Source: Candidatus Zixiibacteriota bacterium (GTDB lineage: Bacteria > Zixibacteria > MSB-5A5 > UBA10806 > 4484-95). From it: DNA of 64,000 bases. The notes under the pieces are model-generated. The model was not told the origin of the DNA. It was given only the letters and a program-made list of their open reading frames with translations, and did no database searches. Below are positions 1 through 11,295 of this stretch, piece by piece. The stretch lies in contig JBBIRK010000003.1 in assembly GCA_037441845.1 (NCBI GenBank), positions 1 through 64,000 of the forward strand. Reading direction: 5' to 3'. Both the position numbers and the translations under genes were made by a program. Position 1 is the first letter of the stretch. Every line of letters starts with the position of its first letter.

Positions 1-1
1 C

Positions 2-55
2 CGCGAGGGCGGTCGCACCGTCGGCGCCGGAGTCGTAACCGAAATCATAGAGTAG
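2..55 (+). CDS. tuf: Elongation factor Tu, C-terminal end (partial, begins before the window)
   Basis: Frame 2 reads [17 protein letters not shown], the conserved EF-Tu C-terminus, 4 nt before rpsJ. Confidence 0.95.
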   Translation, partial: REGGRTVGAGVVTEIIE

Positions 56-59
56 AGCC

Positions 60-368
60 ATGGCAGGTCAAAAAATCAGAATCAGGCTGAAAGCCTATGA
101 TCATGTGGCGCTGGATCGATCCGCGCAAGAAATCGTACAGACGGTCATACGCACCGGCGCGAAAATTGCCGGCCCGGTGCCGCTGCCCACGAAACGGACG
201 GTCTACACCGTTTTAAGATCACCGCATGTCGACAAAAAATCGCGCGAGCAGTTCGAAATGAGGATCCACAAGCGTCTGATCGATATCTACGACTCCAATC
301 CGCAGACGGTGGATTCTCTGATGCGCCTTGATTTGCCGGCAGGCGTGGATGTGGAAATTAAAGTATAA
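60..368 (+). CDS. rpsJ: 30S ribosomal protein S10
   Basis: [32 protein letters not shown] motifs. Confidence 0.99.
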   Translation: MAGQKIRIRLKAYDHVALDRSAQEIVQTVIRTGAKIAGPVPLPTKRTVYTVLRSPHVDKKSREQFEMRIHKRLIDIYDSNPQTVDSLMRLDLPAGVDVEIKV

Positions 369-382
369 GGTATGACATTAAA

Positions 383-1003
383 ATGAAGACTCTTTATGGT
401 TTCAAAGTAGGGATGACCCGCGTATTTGATGAGACGGGAAACATGATTCCCGTTACCGTTATCAGGTCCGACCCTCACTGGGTAATCCAGGTGAAATCAA
501 AAGCCACCGACGGCTATGACGCGCTTCGCCTGGCTTTTGGCGCCGTCCGTCGCAAGCTGGTGTCGAAACCGTTGGCCGGCCAATTCAAAAAGGTCGGCAT
601 CGAACCCTGCAGATATATCAGGGAAGTGCGGATAAGTTCCGCTGATTCGTTCAAGGTCGGGGATAAAATCGACGTGGGCGTATTCTCGGTCGGCGATAAA
701 GTGAAAGTCTTGGGTATATCCAAGGGCCACGGTTTTCAGGGTGCGGTCAAGCGCCATCATTTCCGCGGCGGTCCGAAAACACACGGTCAATCCGATCGGG
801 TTCGGGCTCCGGGATCGGTGGGAGCATCCTCGTATCCATCGCACACCTGGAGAGGTCAGAGAATGGCCGGCCACATGGGCAATCATCAGGTTACGGCGCG
901 CAATCTGCTCATAAAAGCGGTTGAGCCCGAACATAATCTAATCATGGTCAGAGGAGCAATTCCCGGAAAACCGGGAGGACTGGTGAAAATCATCAGTCAA
1001 TAG
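383..1003 (+). CDS. rplC: 50S ribosomal protein L3
   Basis: KVGMTRVF, SKGHGFQGAVKRH, MAGHMG motifs; S10 operon order. Confidence 0.99.
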   Translation: MKTLYGFKVGMTRVFDETGNMIPVTVIRSDPHWVIQVKSKATDGYDALRLAFGAVRRKLVSKPLAGQFKKVGIEPCRYIREVRISSADSFKVGDKIDVGVFSVGDKVKVLGISKGHGFQGAVKRHHFRGGPKTHGQSDRVRAPGSVGASSYPSHTWRGQRMAGHMGNHQVTARNLLIKAVEPEHNLIMVRGAIPGKPGGLVKIISQ

Positions 1004-1014
1004 GGATAGCTATA

Positions 1015-1644
1015 ATGGCAGATGCAAAAGTTTACGATAGCGACGGCAACGTGAAAGAGTCAAAGACTCTTGATGGGCCGCTTTTCAACAGCGAGCCCAA
1101 GCCCCACCTGCTGCATCAATACGTCAAGGGGTACTTGAACAATCAGCGTCAAGGCACCGCCTCGACGAAAACCCGCACCGGTGTCTCGGGCGGCGGAGCA
1201 AAACCATGGCGGCAAAAAGGGACCGGTCGGGCGCGCGCCGGCTCGAATACTTCACCCGTCTGGGTGGGCGGCGGAATCGTCTGGGGACCGCACCCCAAAT
1301 GTTGGTATGCGCCTATACCCAAAAAACTGAAAAGACAGGCGCTGGTTTCGGCATTATCGGATAAGGCTATGAACGATCGCCTTAGGATCGTGGAATTGCC
1401 GGCGCTGGAAAAACCGCGGACTAAATTGATACACGATATGCTGAAAAAGCACGATTTACTCAATAAGAAAATTTTGCTGCTCGATGAGGGCAAAAACGAT
1501 AACTTGTCGAAATCCTGCCGCAATATGAGGTGGCTATTTTATAAACGTTCCGCGCTGGTTAATCCCTATGATATACTCTGGGCCGATTGTGTGCTGGTGA
1601 CGCCGGGAGCGCTACAGAAAATCGAGGAGGTTTTTGGCAATTGA
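1015..1644 (+). CDS. rplD: 50S ribosomal protein L4
   Basis: RQGTASTKTR, KPWRQKGTGRARAGS. Confidence 0.99.
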   Translation: MADAKVYDSDGNVKESKTLDGPLFNSEPKPHLLHQYVKGYLNNQRQGTASTKTRTGVSGGGAKPWRQKGTGRARAGSNTSPVWVGGGIVWGPHPKCWYAPIPKKLKRQALVSALSDKAMNDRLRIVELPALEKPRTKLIHDMLKKHDLLNKKILLLDEGKNDNLSKSCRNMRWLFYKRSALVNPYDILWADCVLVTPGALQKIEEVFGN

Positions 1645-1931
1645 AAACCGCGAATGAAATAATCAGCCAAGCGATTCTCTCCGAGAAAAGCACGATCATA
1701 AAAGAAAAGGAAAACCGCTACGTTTTCAAAGTAAACCCGCTGGCGAACAAGCTCGAAATCAAGAAAGCGATCGAAAACGCTTTCGGCGTGAAAATCATCG
1801 ATATCAAGACGATCAATGTAAAGGGAAAGACCAAACGGTTGGGGCGATTCGTCGGAAAGCGGTCATCATGGAAAAAGGCGATCGTCAGGCTTAAAGAAGG
1901 CAACACGATCGAAATTTTCGAAAATGTTTGA
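1641..1931 (+). CDS. rplW: 50S ribosomal protein L23 (TTG start overlapping the rplD stop)
   Basis: SEKS...YVFKV...ANKLEIKKAIE...WKKAIVRL; SD GAGGAGG at 1624-1630. Confidence 0.97.
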   Translation: MKTANEIISQAILSEKSTIIKEKENRYVFKVNPLANKLEIKKAIENAFGVKIIDIKTINVKGKTKRLGRFVGKRSSWKKAIVRLKEGNTIEIFENV

Positions 1932-1941
1932 GGATCGATAA

Positions 1942-2769
1942 ATGGGCATGAAAAGTTACAAACCGATCACTCCCGGGCGCCGCTGGATGACGGTGGCCGA
2001 TTTCGCCGAGATCACGCGGTCGGTGCCGGAAAAAAGTCTGCTGAAGCCGCTTAAAAGCAAAGGCGGACGCAACAATCAAGGTCGGGTTACTTGCAGACAT
2101 CAAGGAGGCGGGCACAAGCGGCGCTACCGGCAGATAGATTTTCTGCGCCATAAGGTTAACATCCCCGGTCGCGTGGCAGCGATCGAATATGATCCCAATC
2201 GCAGCGCCCGAATCGCGCTTCTGCATTATGCCGATGGCGAGAAACGATATATAATCGCACCTCTCAACCTTCAGGTCGGCGACATCGTCAAGACTTCTGA
2301 TCAACTCGAAATTCAGCCAGGGAATTCCTTGCCACTCGAATTGATTCCGCTCGGCACCCAGATTCACAATATCGAAATCAAGCCCGGTAAGGGAGGGCAA
2401 ATGGTGAGGTCCGCCGGCGTCATGGCGGAAATTCTGGCAAAAGAAGGAGATTACGCTCACGTAAGATTGCCATCGGGCGAAGTGCGGCTTTTTTCGTTGA
2501 AATGCCGCGCCACTATCGGCCAGGTGAGCAATATCGACAACATCAATATAAGTTTAGGAAAAGCCGGACGCTCCCGCTGGTTAGGGATTAGGCCCTCAGT
2601 CAGAGGCGTAGCCATGAATCCTGTCGATCATCCCATGGGTGGCGGCGAGGGCAAAGCTTCCGGCGGACGTCCATCTTGCAGTCCCTGGGGAAAATACACC
2701 AAAGGTTTGAAAACACGGAAACGGAAATTGTCCGACAAGCTAATCGTGAAACGGAGAGGCAAGAATTAG
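1942..2769 (+). CDS. rplB: 50S ribosomal protein L2
   Basis: [39 protein letters not shown]. Confidence 0.99.
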   Translation: MGMKSYKPITPGRRWMTVADFAEITRSVPEKSLLKPLKSKGGRNNQGRVTCRHQGGGHKRRYRQIDFLRHKVNIPGRVAAIEYDPNRSARIALLHYADGEKRYIIAPLNLQVGDIVKTSDQLEIQPGNSLPLELIPLGTQIHNIEIKPGKGGQMVRSAGVMAEILAKEGDYAHVRLPSGEVRLFSLKCRATIGQVSNIDNINISLGKAGRSRWLGIRPSVRGVAMNPVDHPMGGGEGKASGGRPSCSPWGKYTKGLKTRKRKLSDKLIVKRRGKN

Positions 2770-2804
2770 ATGGCTCGAGCAAGAATAATCGGAGGAGGAG
2801 ACTG

Positions 2805-3092
2805 ATGGCCCGATCTTTGAAAAAGGGTCCGTATATCGATCAAAACCTTTTGCGCAAACTCCAGGCGTTGAACCAAAGCGGCGAAAAACGGGTGATCAAG
2901 ACCTGGGCTCGCCGATCAACGATTTCACCCGAGTTTGTGGGCCATACTCTTGCCGTCCATAATGGCAACAAGTTCATACCGGTTTATATAACTGAAAATA
3001 TGGTCGGCCATAAACTCGGTGAATTCGCGCCCACCAGAATTTTCCGTGGACATTCAGGCAAAATAACCGAGCGGACGACCGCTTTGAAGTAG
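2805..3092 (+). CDS. rpsS: 30S ribosomal protein S19
   Basis: MARSLKKGP...[22 protein letters not shown] before ATG 2805. Confidence 0.99.
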   Translation: MARSLKKGPYIDQNLLRKLQALNQSGEKRVIKTWARRSTISPEFVGHTLAVHNGNKFIPVYITENMVGHKLGEFAPTRIFRGHSGKITERTTALK

Positions 3093-3101
3093 AGCATATT
3101 T

Positions 3102-3536
3102 ATGGAATCGAGAGCTTTATTGAAATACGACCGGATGTCGCCCCGCAAACTGCGAAGGGTGGCCGAATTGATCAAAGGCAAGGATTACGAAGACGCCAGG
3201 AGTATTCTCGACTTGACCCCGAAGGCGGCTTGTGAGCCTTTGCTCAAAGCGATAAAATCCGCCGCATCTAACGCGATTTCCCGTGAAGGCACGTCCAAGG
3301 TAAAGGTCGAGAACTTGTTCATTAAATCGATACATATCGATGGCGGTCCGATTTTGAAAAGGATTCGAGCCGTAGGAATGGGCAGGGCATACCGTATCCG
3401 TAAGCGAACCGCTCATATCAATGTAGTGCTCGCTGAAAAGGAAACGCCGGAAACGAAAGAAACGGCGAAAACGAAAGTTGCTGCGAAAACCGCCAAAGAA
3501 CCCGCCAAAGAAAGCAAAAAGGCCAAGGAGGCTTAG
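3102..3536 (+). CDS. rplV: 50S ribosomal protein L22 with Lys/Ala-rich C-terminal tail
   Basis: RMSPRKLRRVA, IKSAASNA, GRAYRIRKRTAHI. Confidence 0.98.
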   Translation: MESRALLKYDRMSPRKLRRVAELIKGKDYEDARSILDLTPKAACEPLLKAIKSAASNAISREGTSKVKVENLFIKSIHIDGGPILKRIRAVGMGRAYRIRKRTAHINVVLAEKETPETKETAKTKVAAKTAKEPAKESKKAKEA

Positions 3537-4504
3537 TGGGACAAAAGACACATCCATACGGTTTTAGATTGGGAATCATAAAAGGATGGCGGTCGCGCTG
3601 GTTTTCTGCCAAGAATTATCCCGAGCTGCTTCAGGAAGACCTCCTTATCAGGCGGTATGTCAATAAGCGACTCGAACACGCGGGTGTCGCCGAGATAATC
3701 ATCTTACGTGCGCCCAAAAAAGTGACTATCGATATTCATACTGCCAAGCCCGGCATCGTAATCGGACGCAAAGGGGCCGAAGTCGACAAGCTCAAGGAAG
3801 AGCTGCAGATGCTGACCGGCAAGGAAATACTTTTGAATATCATCGAGGTGAAAAAGCCGGAATTATCGGCAAGCCTCGTGGCTCAGCAAATCGCCCATCA
3901 GCTTGAAGGACGGGTTTCTTTCAGGCGCGCTATGAAAAAGGCGGTCGCCACTACGATGAAAAGCGGTGCCGAAGGGATCAAAATCATCTGCAGCGGAAGG
4001 CTCGGCGGCGCCGAAATCGCCCGCAGCGAGAAATATCACCAGGGAAGAGTGCCGCTTCACACCTTGCGGGCGGATATCGATTTTGCTCACGCGACCGCCC
4101 ATACGACTTACGGTACCATAGGCGTCAAGACCTGGATTTGCCGCGGCGAAATTATCGACAAGGAAAAAATCGCCGCCAGCATCGTCGGTGACACATCCGC
4201 CGAGAAGGAGCAGGCCGCTCAACCTCAAGCTCGAACCCGAAGAGAAAGACCACAAACCGGTTCCGAGGAAAAAGGACGCGGCGAACAGCGCCGCCGTCGC
4301 GACAACAGGGGACGTGGAACGTCGCGCCGACAGGGTGATCGACGTCCCTCGGCCAGAGATATGGATAAATCAGGCCGCAGGCAGCCTACCGAAGGCGCCG
4401 GGCCCAGCGATGGAACCGACGTCGGCCACGACTCGGCGGCGGCCCCGGATTCGCACAAGCCCAGATCCGAAAAACCGGACAGGAATACAAGTGACAGTCG
4501 GTAG
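3536..4504 (+). CDS. rpsC: 30S ribosomal protein S3 with long charged C-terminal extension
   Basis: [38 protein letters not shown] start. Confidence 0.99.
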   Translation: MGQKTHPYGFRLGIIKGWRSRWFSAKNYPELLQEDLLIRRYVNKRLEHAGVAEIIILRAPKKVTIDIHTAKPGIVIGRKGAEVDKLKEELQMLTGKEILLNIIEVKKPELSASLVAQQIAHQLEGRVSFRRAMKKAVATTMKSGAEGIKIICSGRLGGAEIARSEKYHQGRVPLHTLRADIDFAHATAHTTYGTIGVKTWICRGEIIDKEKIAASIVGDTSAEKEQAAQPQARTRRERPQTGSEEKGRGEQRRRRDNRGRGTSRRQGDRRPSARDMDKSGRRQPTEGAGPSDGTDVGHDSAAAPDSHKPRSEKPDRNTSDSR

Positions 4505-4519
4505 GAAAGGTATTGACCT

Positions 4520-4942
4520 ATGTTGGCTCCCAAAAGAGTAAAATTCAGAAAGCAGCAGCGGGGAAGGCGAACTGGAGCGGCACTGCGCGGTTCCAGTATC
4601 GATTTCGGCGAATACGGCCTCAAGGCCCTCGAACCGGCTTGGATAACCAATAAGCAAATAGAAGCGGCCAGGGTTGCTTTGACCAGATATATAAAACGCG
4701 GCGGCAAGGTCTGGATCAGGATTTTCCCGGACAAGCCCTTTACCAAGAAACCGGCTGAAACAAGAATGGGAAAGGGCAAAGGGAATCCCGAATATTGGGT
4801 GGCGGTCGTCAAGCCGGGGCGCGTTATGTTCGAGCTCGAAGGCGTTCCCGAAAATCTCGCGCGTGAGGCGATGAGGCTGGCTGCGGCGAAACTGCCGATA
4901 AAAACAAGGTTCGTCTCAAGGCGCGACTTGAAAAAGGATTGA
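4520..4942 (+). CDS. rplP: 50S ribosomal protein L16
   Basis: [24 protein letters not shown]. Confidence 0.99.
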   Translation: MLAPKRVKFRKQQRGRRTGAALRGSSIDFGEYGLKALEPAWITNKQIEAARVALTRYIKRGGKVWIRIFPDKPFTKKPAETRMGKGKGNPEYWVAVVKPGRVMFELEGVPENLAREAMRLAAAKLPIKTRFVSRRDLKKD

Positions 4943-4946
4943 TGAA

Positions 4947-5180
4947 ATGAAAGCCCGTGACTTGCGAAACTTGACGATAGAAGAAGTTCAGCTCAAGAAG
5001 AGCGAAGTGGAAAAAGAGCTGTTCAATCTTAGAATCAGACAGGCTACCCGCCAGATAGACAATCCTTTGAGGCTGCGGACCCTGAGGAGAGACCTGGCAC
5101 GCCTGATTACGATATTGCACGAAAATGAATTGAATATCACTAAATTGGCGGAAAAAGGTCAGGCGGCGGATGAGAAATAA
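4947..5180 (+). CDS. rpmC: 50S ribosomal protein L29
   Basis: [23 protein letters not shown]. Confidence 0.97.
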   Translation: MKARDLRNLTIEEVQLKKSEVEKELFNLRIRQATRQIDNPLRLRTLRRDLARLITILHENELNITKLAEKGQAADEK

Positions 5181-5421
5181 GCGCAAAATCAGAACCGGTG
5201 TTGTAAAGTCCGCGAAAATGCAAAAAACCATTGTTGTGGCGGTCGAGCGCACTATGCGGCATTCCTTATATAATAAGATAATAAAGCGGACTTCGAAATT
5301 ATACGCTCATGATCCGGAAGGTTTGGCCGGCGAAGGCGACAGGGTGATGGTAATGGAAACCAGACCGTTGTCGAAAACCAAACGATGGCGATTGGTGAAA
5401 GTTCTCGACAAGGCTGAATAA
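5170..5421 (+). CDS. rpsQ: 30S ribosomal protein S17
   Basis: [22 protein letters not shown]. Confidence 0.99.
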   Translation: MRNKRKIRTGVVKSAKMQKTIVVAVERTMRHSLYNKIIKRTSKLYAHDPEGLAGEGDRVMVMETRPLSKTKRWRLVKVLDKAE

Positions 5422-5435
5422 GGCGGTGATCTGAT

Positions 5436-5804
5436 ATGATACAAGAATATTCCAAACTGACCATCTGTGATAATTCGGGGGCTAAGGTGGCCATGTGTTT
5501 CCGCATCCTCGGCGGAACCCGCCATCGCTATGCCACTATCGGGGATATTATCGTGGTGACGGTCAAGGATGCCATACCGGGCGGGACGGTGAAAAAAAGC
5601 GAGGTCTGTAAGGCGGTGGTCGTGCGCACGGCCAAGGAAATCCGCCGCAAGGACGGCTCATATATCCGTTTTTCGGATAACGCCGCGGTTATAATCAACG
5701 AGCAAGGCGAGCCGCGCGGCACCCGTATATTCGGACCGGTCGCCCGCGAACTGCGCGACAAACAATTCATGAAAATCGTGTCGCTGGCGCCGGAAGTTCT
5801 GTGA
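5436..5804 (+). CDS. rplN: 50S ribosomal protein L14
   Basis: MIQ...[26 protein letters not shown]. Confidence 0.99.
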   Translation: MIQEYSKLTICDNSGAKVAMCFRILGGTRHRYATIGDIIVVTVKDAIPGGTVKKSEVCKAVVVRTAKEIRRKDGSYIRFSDNAAVIINEQGEPRGTRIFGPVARELRDKQFMKIVSLAPEVL

Positions 5805-5811
5805 GGTATTT

Positions 5812-6123
5812 ATGAAAATTCGTAAGGGTGATACCGTCAAAATAATATGCGGGGTCAATCGAGGAAAAACCGGACGCGTTTTGAAAACTTTCCCCGAAAC
5901 CGGCCGCATTATCGTTGAAGGCGTAAACTTGATCAAAAGACACTCGCGCCCGACTCAAAAAAACCGCAAGGGCGGGATAATCGAAAAAGAAGGGCCGATT
6001 CATGTCTCCAATGTCATGTACTTCGATAACCGAACCAACGCCCCGGCAAGGCTCGGTTACCGCTTTCTGACCGATGGCAAAAAAGTGCGAATCAATAAAA
6101 AATCCGGTGAAATCATAGAGTAG
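5812..6123 (+). CDS. rplX: 50S ribosomal protein L24
   Basis: [22 protein letters not shown]. Confidence 0.99.
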   Translation: MKIRKGDTVKIICGVNRGKTGRVLKTFPETGRIIVEGVNLIKRHSRPTQKNRKGGIIEKEGPIHVSNVMYFDNRTNAPARLGYRFLTDGKKVRINKKSGEIIE

Positions 6124-6125
6124 TT

Positions 6126-6668
6126 ATGGCCAGATTGAAAACAAAATACCTTAACGAAATCAGGCCCGAACTGATGAAACGGCTGAATTACACCAATATC
6201 TGTGAAGTCCCTCGTCTGACTCATATCGTGATAAATTCGGGAGTCGGAGAGGCGGCGGGGGATCACAAAAAATTAGAATCGGTCATGAATGAAATAATGA
6301 CCATATCCGGGCAACGGCCGGCGGTTCGACGCGCCAAGAAATCGATATCCAATTTCAAACTTCGCGTCGGCATGCCTATAGGTGTCAAAGTCACCCTAAG
6401 GCGCGAACGCATGTACGAATTTCTCGATCGCTTGATCAACGTGGCTATCCCGAGAATCAGGGATTTTCGCGGTGTGCCCACCAAATCGTTCGACGGACGG
6501 GGAAACTACACGCTCGGGGTCACCGAACAGATAATATTCCCGGAAATCGATTATGACAAAGTTGAAAAGATCCGCGGTATGAATATCACTTTCGTAACCA
6601 CGGCGAAAACCGATGCCGAGGCGTTTGAGCTGCTTAAAAGCTTCGGCATGCCGTTCAGAAAGAATTAG
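6126..6668 (+). CDS. rplE: 50S ribosomal protein L5
   Basis: [31 protein letters not shown]. Confidence 0.99.
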   Translation: MARLKTKYLNEIRPELMKRLNYTNICEVPRLTHIVINSGVGEAAGDHKKLESVMNEIMTISGQRPAVRRAKKSISNFKLRVGMPIGVKVTLRRERMYEFLDRLINVAIPRIRDFRGVPTKSFDGRGNYTLGVTEQIIFPEIDYDKVEKIRGMNITFVTTAKTDAEAFELLKSFGMPFRKN

Positions 6669-6678
6669 AGGAGAGCAA

Positions 6679-6864
6679 GTGGCCAAAACATGCAAAATTG
6701 CCGCCAGCAAGAAAAAACCGAAATTCGAAGTAAGGCGACATAACCGCTGCCTGCGCTGCGGCCGGCCGCGTGGCTATTTGAGAAAATTCGGTCTATGCCG
6801 TATCTGTTTCCGCGAATTGGCGCTCGCTGGCGAAATCCCGGGCGTGGTGAAAGCAAGCTGGTAG
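6679..6864 (+). CDS. rpsN: 30S ribosomal protein S14, short zinc-binding type Z (61 aa, GTG start)
   Basis: [10 protein letters not shown]...[10 protein letters not shown]...[17 protein letters not shown] upstream. Confidence 0.98.
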   Translation: MAKTCKIAASKKKPKFEVRRHNRCLRCGRPRGYLRKFGLCRICFRELALAGEIPGVVKASW

Positions 6865-6876
6865 GAGGTTTTCGGA

Positions 6877-7275
6877 ATGACCATGACGGATCCTGTAGCT
6901 GATATGCTGACACGAATTCGAAACGCCGCCCGGGCCAATATTCGCCGCCTGGATATACCGGCATCCAAATTAAAAAGAAAGATCGCCCAAATCCTGCTGG
7001 ATAATAATTATATCCGCAGCGTCGAGTTCATCGATGACGGATTGCAGGGGATCCTTCGTATAAGACTACGTTTTACCCACGAAGGCGCCAGTATAATTAA
7101 AGGAATCCAAAGGCTTTCTCGACCGGGATTGCGTGTCTATTTCAATAAGAAAGACTTGGTGAAAGGCTCGCGGCAGGCGGGAACGGTAATCCTTTCCACA
7201 TCCTCGGGTTTGATGACTCAGGCCGAGGCCATCGAAAGGGGAATCGGCGGCGAGGCTCTGTTCAGGATCTGGTAG
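6877..7275 (+). CDS. rpsH: 30S ribosomal protein S8
   Basis: TDPVADMLTRIRNA, SRPGLRVY, GIGGE. Confidence 0.99.
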   Translation: MTMTDPVADMLTRIRNAARANIRRLDIPASKLKRKIAQILLDNNYIRSVEFIDDGLQGILRIRLRFTHEGASIIKGIQRLSRPGLRVYFNKKDLVKGSRQAGTVILSTSSGLMTQAEAIERGIGGEALFRIW

Positions 7276-7287
7276 GAGGTAAACAAA

Positions 7288-7827
7288 GTGTCGAGAATCG
7301 GTAAGGCTCCGATTGCAATTCCAAAAGGAGTAAAAATCTCCCGCGACGGGGCGGTGATCACGATCGAAGGTCCTAAGGGGAAACTTTCGCAAGAGATTCC
7401 GCCGCCTATGGAAGTGGATTACAATGATAAAGAGATAGTGGTGAAAAGGCCGTCCGACAGCAAATACTATATGGCCCGTCATGGCCTTTATCGTGCATTG
7501 TTGGCCAATATGGTGACCGGTGTCACCAGCGGCTTCAGCCGCAGCCTCGAAATAATCGGAGTCGGCTATCGCGCGGAAAAGGTCGGCAAAGCCCTGACCT
7601 TTTATCTGGGATATTCCCACCCTATTTCGATGATTCTCCCCGAGGGAATATCAGCCCAAGTGGAAGGCGGCAATAAAATTATTATCAGCGGCATCGATAA
7701 GCAGGTCGTGGGCCAAGTAGCCGCCGAGATTCGGGGGTTAAGACCGCCGGAGCCTTATAAAGGTAAGGGCGTAAGATATGCCGAGGAGAAGATAAGAAAG
7801 AAAGCTGGAAAGACTGCAGGTGCATAA
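7288..7827 (+). CDS. rplF: 50S ribosomal protein L6
   Basis: [25 protein letters not shown]. Confidence 0.99.
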   Translation: MSRIGKAPIAIPKGVKISRDGAVITIEGPKGKLSQEIPPPMEVDYNDKEIVVKRPSDSKYYMARHGLYRALLANMVTGVTSGFSRSLEIIGVGYRAEKVGKALTFYLGYSHPISMILPEGISAQVEGGNKIIISGIDKQVVGQVAAEIRGLRPPEPYKGKGVRYAEEKIRKKAGKTAGA

Positions 7828-7829
7828 AG

Positions 7830-8195
7830 ATGTCCGATAAACATAAGGAAAAACAGATTTCTCGAATCAGGCGGAAACTGCGTTCGCGGAAAAAAATTTT
7901 AGGAACGCCCGAACGGCCGCGGCTTGTAGTGTATAAATCGCTAAAACAAATTTACGCCCAATTAATGGATGATCGGGCGAATACGTGCATAACCGGGGCG
8001 TCTTCTCTGGCCAAGGAAATTGCCGGAGTGAAGGCGCAGAAAAAAGAGATGGCCTCGAAAGTGGGACTTCTGATCGCCGAACGGGCGAAATCGAAGGGGA
8101 TCACCGAGGTTGTTTTCGACAGGTCCGGTTACCGGTATCACGGCCGGGTCAAAGCTCTGGCTGAGGGTGCGCGCAAAGGCGGATTGAAATTTTAA
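7830..8195 (+). CDS. rplR: 50S ribosomal protein L18
   Basis: [27 protein letters not shown]. Confidence 0.99.
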   Translation: MSDKHKEKQISRIRRKLRSRKKILGTPERPRLVVYKSLKQIYAQLMDDRANTCITGASSLAKEIAGVKAQKKEMASKVGLLIAERAKSKGITEVVFDRSGYRYHGRVKALAEGARKGGLKF

Positions 8196-8213
8196 TTTAT
8201 TGATAATGAGGTA

Positions 8214-8729
8214 TTGTCCTTGGTAATTGCAGAAGATTTCCAAACCACTGAATATGCCGAAAAGGTCGTCTTCGTCAATCGCGTGGCCAAGGTTGTCAAA
8301 GGCGGCAAGAGGTTCAAATTCACCGCGCTCGTTGCCACCGGCGACCGCAACGGCAAGGTCGGCATCGGCCACGGCAAGGCGCTCGAAGTATCCGAGGCTA
8401 TTCGCAAAGCCAGCGAGGCCGCTCGGAAAAACATGATCGAAATAAGCATACATAACGGAACCATATCCCACGAGGTGATCGGGCGATTCGGAGCCGCCAG
8501 CGTGTATTTAAGGCCGGCAGCCCCGGGCACCGGTGTTATCGCCGGCGGCCCGGTCAGAGCCGTCCTCGAATCCGCCGGAGTGCAGGATATCCTGACCAAG
8601 TCGCTCGGATCATCCAACCCGTATAACGTGGTGAAGGCGACGATAAACGGTTTGCTGCAATTGAAAGAAATCGAGACGCTTATCGAGGCACGCAAGAAAG
8701 CGGAGAAAGCAGATGCCAACCAGGCTTGA
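8214..8729 (+). CDS. rpsE: 30S ribosomal protein S5
   Basis: [25 protein letters not shown]. Confidence 0.99.
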   Translation: MSLVIAEDFQTTEYAEKVVFVNRVAKVVKGGKRFKFTALVATGDRNGKVGIGHGKALEVSEAIRKASEAARKNMIEISIHNGTISHEVIGRFGAASVYLRPAAPGTGVIAGGPVRAVLESAGVQDILTKSLGSSNPYNVVKATINGLLQLKEIETLIEARKKAEKADANQA

Positions 8730-8904
8730 GATAAAACAGATTAAAAGTCGGGCCGGAACTACCGAACATCAACGAAAAATCCTGAGCGCTCTGGGTTTGA
8801 GAAAGCGCGAGCAAGTCGTCGTTCACGATAATTCGTCTCGGATAAAGGGCATGGTGAGGATGGTCGCCCATCTGGTAAAAGTCACGGAGAAAGCGGAAGG
8901 GTGA
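8713..8904 (+). CDS. rpmD: 50S ribosomal protein L30
   Basis: LEIKQIKS...ALGLRK...[12 protein letters not shown]; position in spc operon. Confidence 0.95.
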   Translation: MPTRLEIKQIKSRAGTTEHQRKILSALGLRKREQVVVHDNSSRIKGMVRMVAHLVKVTEKAEG

Positions 8905-8906
8905 TT

Positions 8907-9350
8907 ATGAATTTGTCAAGTTTAAGACCGGCTAAAGGTTCGACCGGCAGCCGCAAAAGAGTCGGCCGGGGACCGGGGTCTGGAACGGGTTCGCAAAGCG
9001 GCCGCGGACATAAAGGACAAAAAGCAAGATCCGGTTATAAAACGAAATTCTGGAACGAAGGCGGCCAAATGCCGCTGGCCAGACGTATCCCCAAGAGAGG
9101 CTTTACCAATATTTTCAAACAGGAATACCAGATTGTCAATGTCGGCAGTCTCGAGAAAATCGCGGAAAATACTATCGACAAGGATTTGCTTTTGCGCAAA
9201 CGGCTTATTTCGAGCAAACGACTCCCGTATAAAATCCTTGGAGAAGGCGAGTTGACACGGGCGATTACTATCAAGGCCCATTCGTTCTCCAAACCGGCTC
9301 TTGCCAAAATCGAGAAGGCGGGTGGAAAAGCCGAGGTCATACCGTGTTAG
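8907..9350 (+). CDS. rplO: 50S ribosomal protein L15
   Basis: RVGRGPGSG, GRGHKGQKARSG, EGGQMPL. Confidence 0.99.
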   Translation: MNLSSLRPAKGSTGSRKRVGRGPGSGTGSQSGRGHKGQKARSGYKTKFWNEGGQMPLARRIPKRGFTNIFKQEYQIVNVGSLEKIAENTIDKDLLLRKRLISSKRLPYKILGEGELTRAITIKAHSFSKPALAKIEKAGGKAEVIPC

Positions 9351-10654
9351 ACAGTTTCAGGAATATATTTAGAATTCACGAGCTGAGACAGCGCGTACTG
9401 TTTACGCTCGGCCTCTTGATCGTATATCGCATAGGCGGACATATTCCCACGCCGGGAATTGACTCCAAAGCACTCGGAGAATTTTTCAGTCAAGCCGCCG
9501 GTTCGCTGTTCGGACTTTACGATTTATTCGTTGGAGGAGCTTTTTCCAAGGCCACTATCTTTTCTCTCGGCATAATGCCCTATATTTCCGCCTCCATCAT
9601 CATTCAGCTGCTCGGCGCGGTCATTCCTTTTTTCCAGAAATTGCAGAAAGAGGGCGAAGAAGGGCGTCGCAAAATCACCCAGTACACCCGCTATGGAACG
9701 GTTCTGATTGCGGCTATGCAAGCCATGGGCACCTCGGTTTTTCTCGAATCGATTACGACAGCATCCGGCCGTTCGGTCGTTCCTTTTCCGGGCATCGGTT
9801 TCAAGCTGCTGACCATGCTCACATTCACCAGCGGCACTATATTCATTATGTGGCTGGGCGAAAAAATAACCGAAAGAGGTATCGGCAACGGCATTTCGCT
9901 CATAATCTTTATCGGTATAGTGGCCAGATTTCCCCAGGCGGTCATGGATGAGGTTCGAATGCTGTTCGGCGGACAACGAAATATAGTCGTCGAGGCAATC
10001 CTGGTTGCATTCATGATCGCGGTGATCGCTGCCGTGGTTCTGGTTACCCGAGCCCAAAGAAAAGTGCCGGTGCAGTATGCAAAAAGAGTCGTGGGCAGAA
10101 AAGTTTACGGCGGCATGAGCACTCATATACCGTTATCAGTGAACACCGCCGGTGTTATACCCATAATTTTCGCCCAATCCATCATGTTCGCCCCTTCGAC
10201 TTTGACGTCGTTTTTCCCCAACTCCGAATTCATGCAGTCGATTGCTTCCTTCATCCAGCCGGGCGGGGTCTTTTATTCGGTAATGTATGCTTTACTGATA
10301 ATTTTCTTCGCCTATTTTTATACCGCGATCGTTTTCAACCCGATCGACCTAGCGGATAACATGAAAAAGCAAGGCGGTTTCATACCGGGGATCAGACCTG
10401 GACAGAAGACCGCCGAATATATAGATAATATCCTGACCCGGATTACTCTACCGGGCGCCATTTTTTTCGCCATCATCGCCATATTGCCCGACCTGCTGAT
10501 GCGCGGAGCCAAGGTCACATTCTATTTCGGTGGAACCTCGATTTTGATCGTGGTCGGTGTGGCGTTGGATACGTTGCAGCAGATCGAATCCCACTTGTTG
10601 ATGAGGCATTATGACGGATTCATGAAAAAGGGCAGGATAAAGGGGAGATATTAG
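9344..10654 (+). CDS. secY: Preprotein translocase subunit SecY
   Basis: LGIMPYISASII, WLGEKITERGIGNGISL, GVIPIIFA, FIPGIRPG. Confidence 0.99.
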   Translation: MLDSFRNIFRIHELRQRVLFTLGLLIVYRIGGHIPTPGIDSKALGEFFSQAAGSLFGLYDLFVGGAFSKATIFSLGIMPYISASIIIQLLGAVIPFFQKLQKEGEEGRRKITQYTRYGTVLIAAMQAMGTSVFLESITTASGRSVVPFPGIGFKLLTMLTFTSGTIFIMWLGEKITERGIGNGISLIIFIGIVARFPQAVMDEVRMLFGGQRNIVVEAILVAFMIAVIAAVVLVTRAQRKVPVQYAKRVVGRKVYGGMSTHIPLSVNTAGVIPIIFAQSIMFAPSTLTSFFPNSEFMQSIASFIQPGGVFYSVMYALLIIFFAYFYTAIVFNPIDLADNMKKQGGFIPGIRPGQKTAEYIDNILTRITLPGAIFFAIIAILPDLLMRGAKVTFYFGGTSILIVVGVALDTLQQIESHLLMRHYDGFMKKGRIKGRY

Positions 10655-10656
10655 GG

Positions 10657-11292
10657 ATGAGATTGGTTTTTTTGGGACCTCCAGGATCGGGAAAGGGAAC
10701 TCAGGCGAAGATACTTGCCGGAAAGTTAGGGATTTTGCATATTTCCACCGGCGATGTTTTAAGGGAGGCTGTGAGAAACGGCACCGATCTCGGCCGGCAG
10801 GCGAAATCTTATATGGATGCCGGTGCTTTGGTCCCGGATGATATAATTCTCGGGATGATAAAAGAGATATTGCAAAAAAACAACAGCGGTTTTATTTTAG
10901 ATGGTTTCCCGCGTACGGCTCCTCAGGCGGAGGCGCTGGACAAAATGCTGGCCGAGTTGAAACTAAAGCTTAAGGCCGCCGTAAACCTCTCGGTGAGCGA
11001 TAGTGAGGTCTTGAAAAGATTGCTCGGTCGTTTCTATTGCGAAAAGTGCGGGGCTGATTTCAACATTAATACTCGACCTCCGAAAGTCGCAGGAATATGC
11101 GATAAATGCGGCGGAAAATTGTTGCAACGTGCCGATGATTCCGACGCGGTGATTCAAAACAGGTTGAAAGTTTACCGCGAAAAAACGAAACCGGTCGAGG
11201 ATTATTACCGAAAACAGGGACTTCTCGTCGAAATCGACGGCGCTCAGGAATTCGATGGAGTTACCGAATCGATTTTGAGAGCGATTGGTTGA
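10657..11292 (+). CDS. adk: Adenylate kinase with 4-Cys zinc LID
   Basis: GPPGSGKGTQ P-loop, LDGFPRT, CEKC-x16-CDKC lid. Confidence 0.99.
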   Translation: MRLVFLGPPGSGKGTQAKILAGKLGILHISTGDVLREAVRNGTDLGRQAKSYMDAGALVPDDIILGMIKEILQKNNSGFILDGFPRTAPQAEALDKMLAELKLKLKAAVNLSVSDSEVLKRLLGRFYCEKCGADFNINTRPPKVAGICDKCGGKLLQRADDSDAVIQNRLKVYREKTKPVEDYYRKQGLLVEIDGAQEFDGVTESILRAIG

Positions 11293-11295
11293 AAT

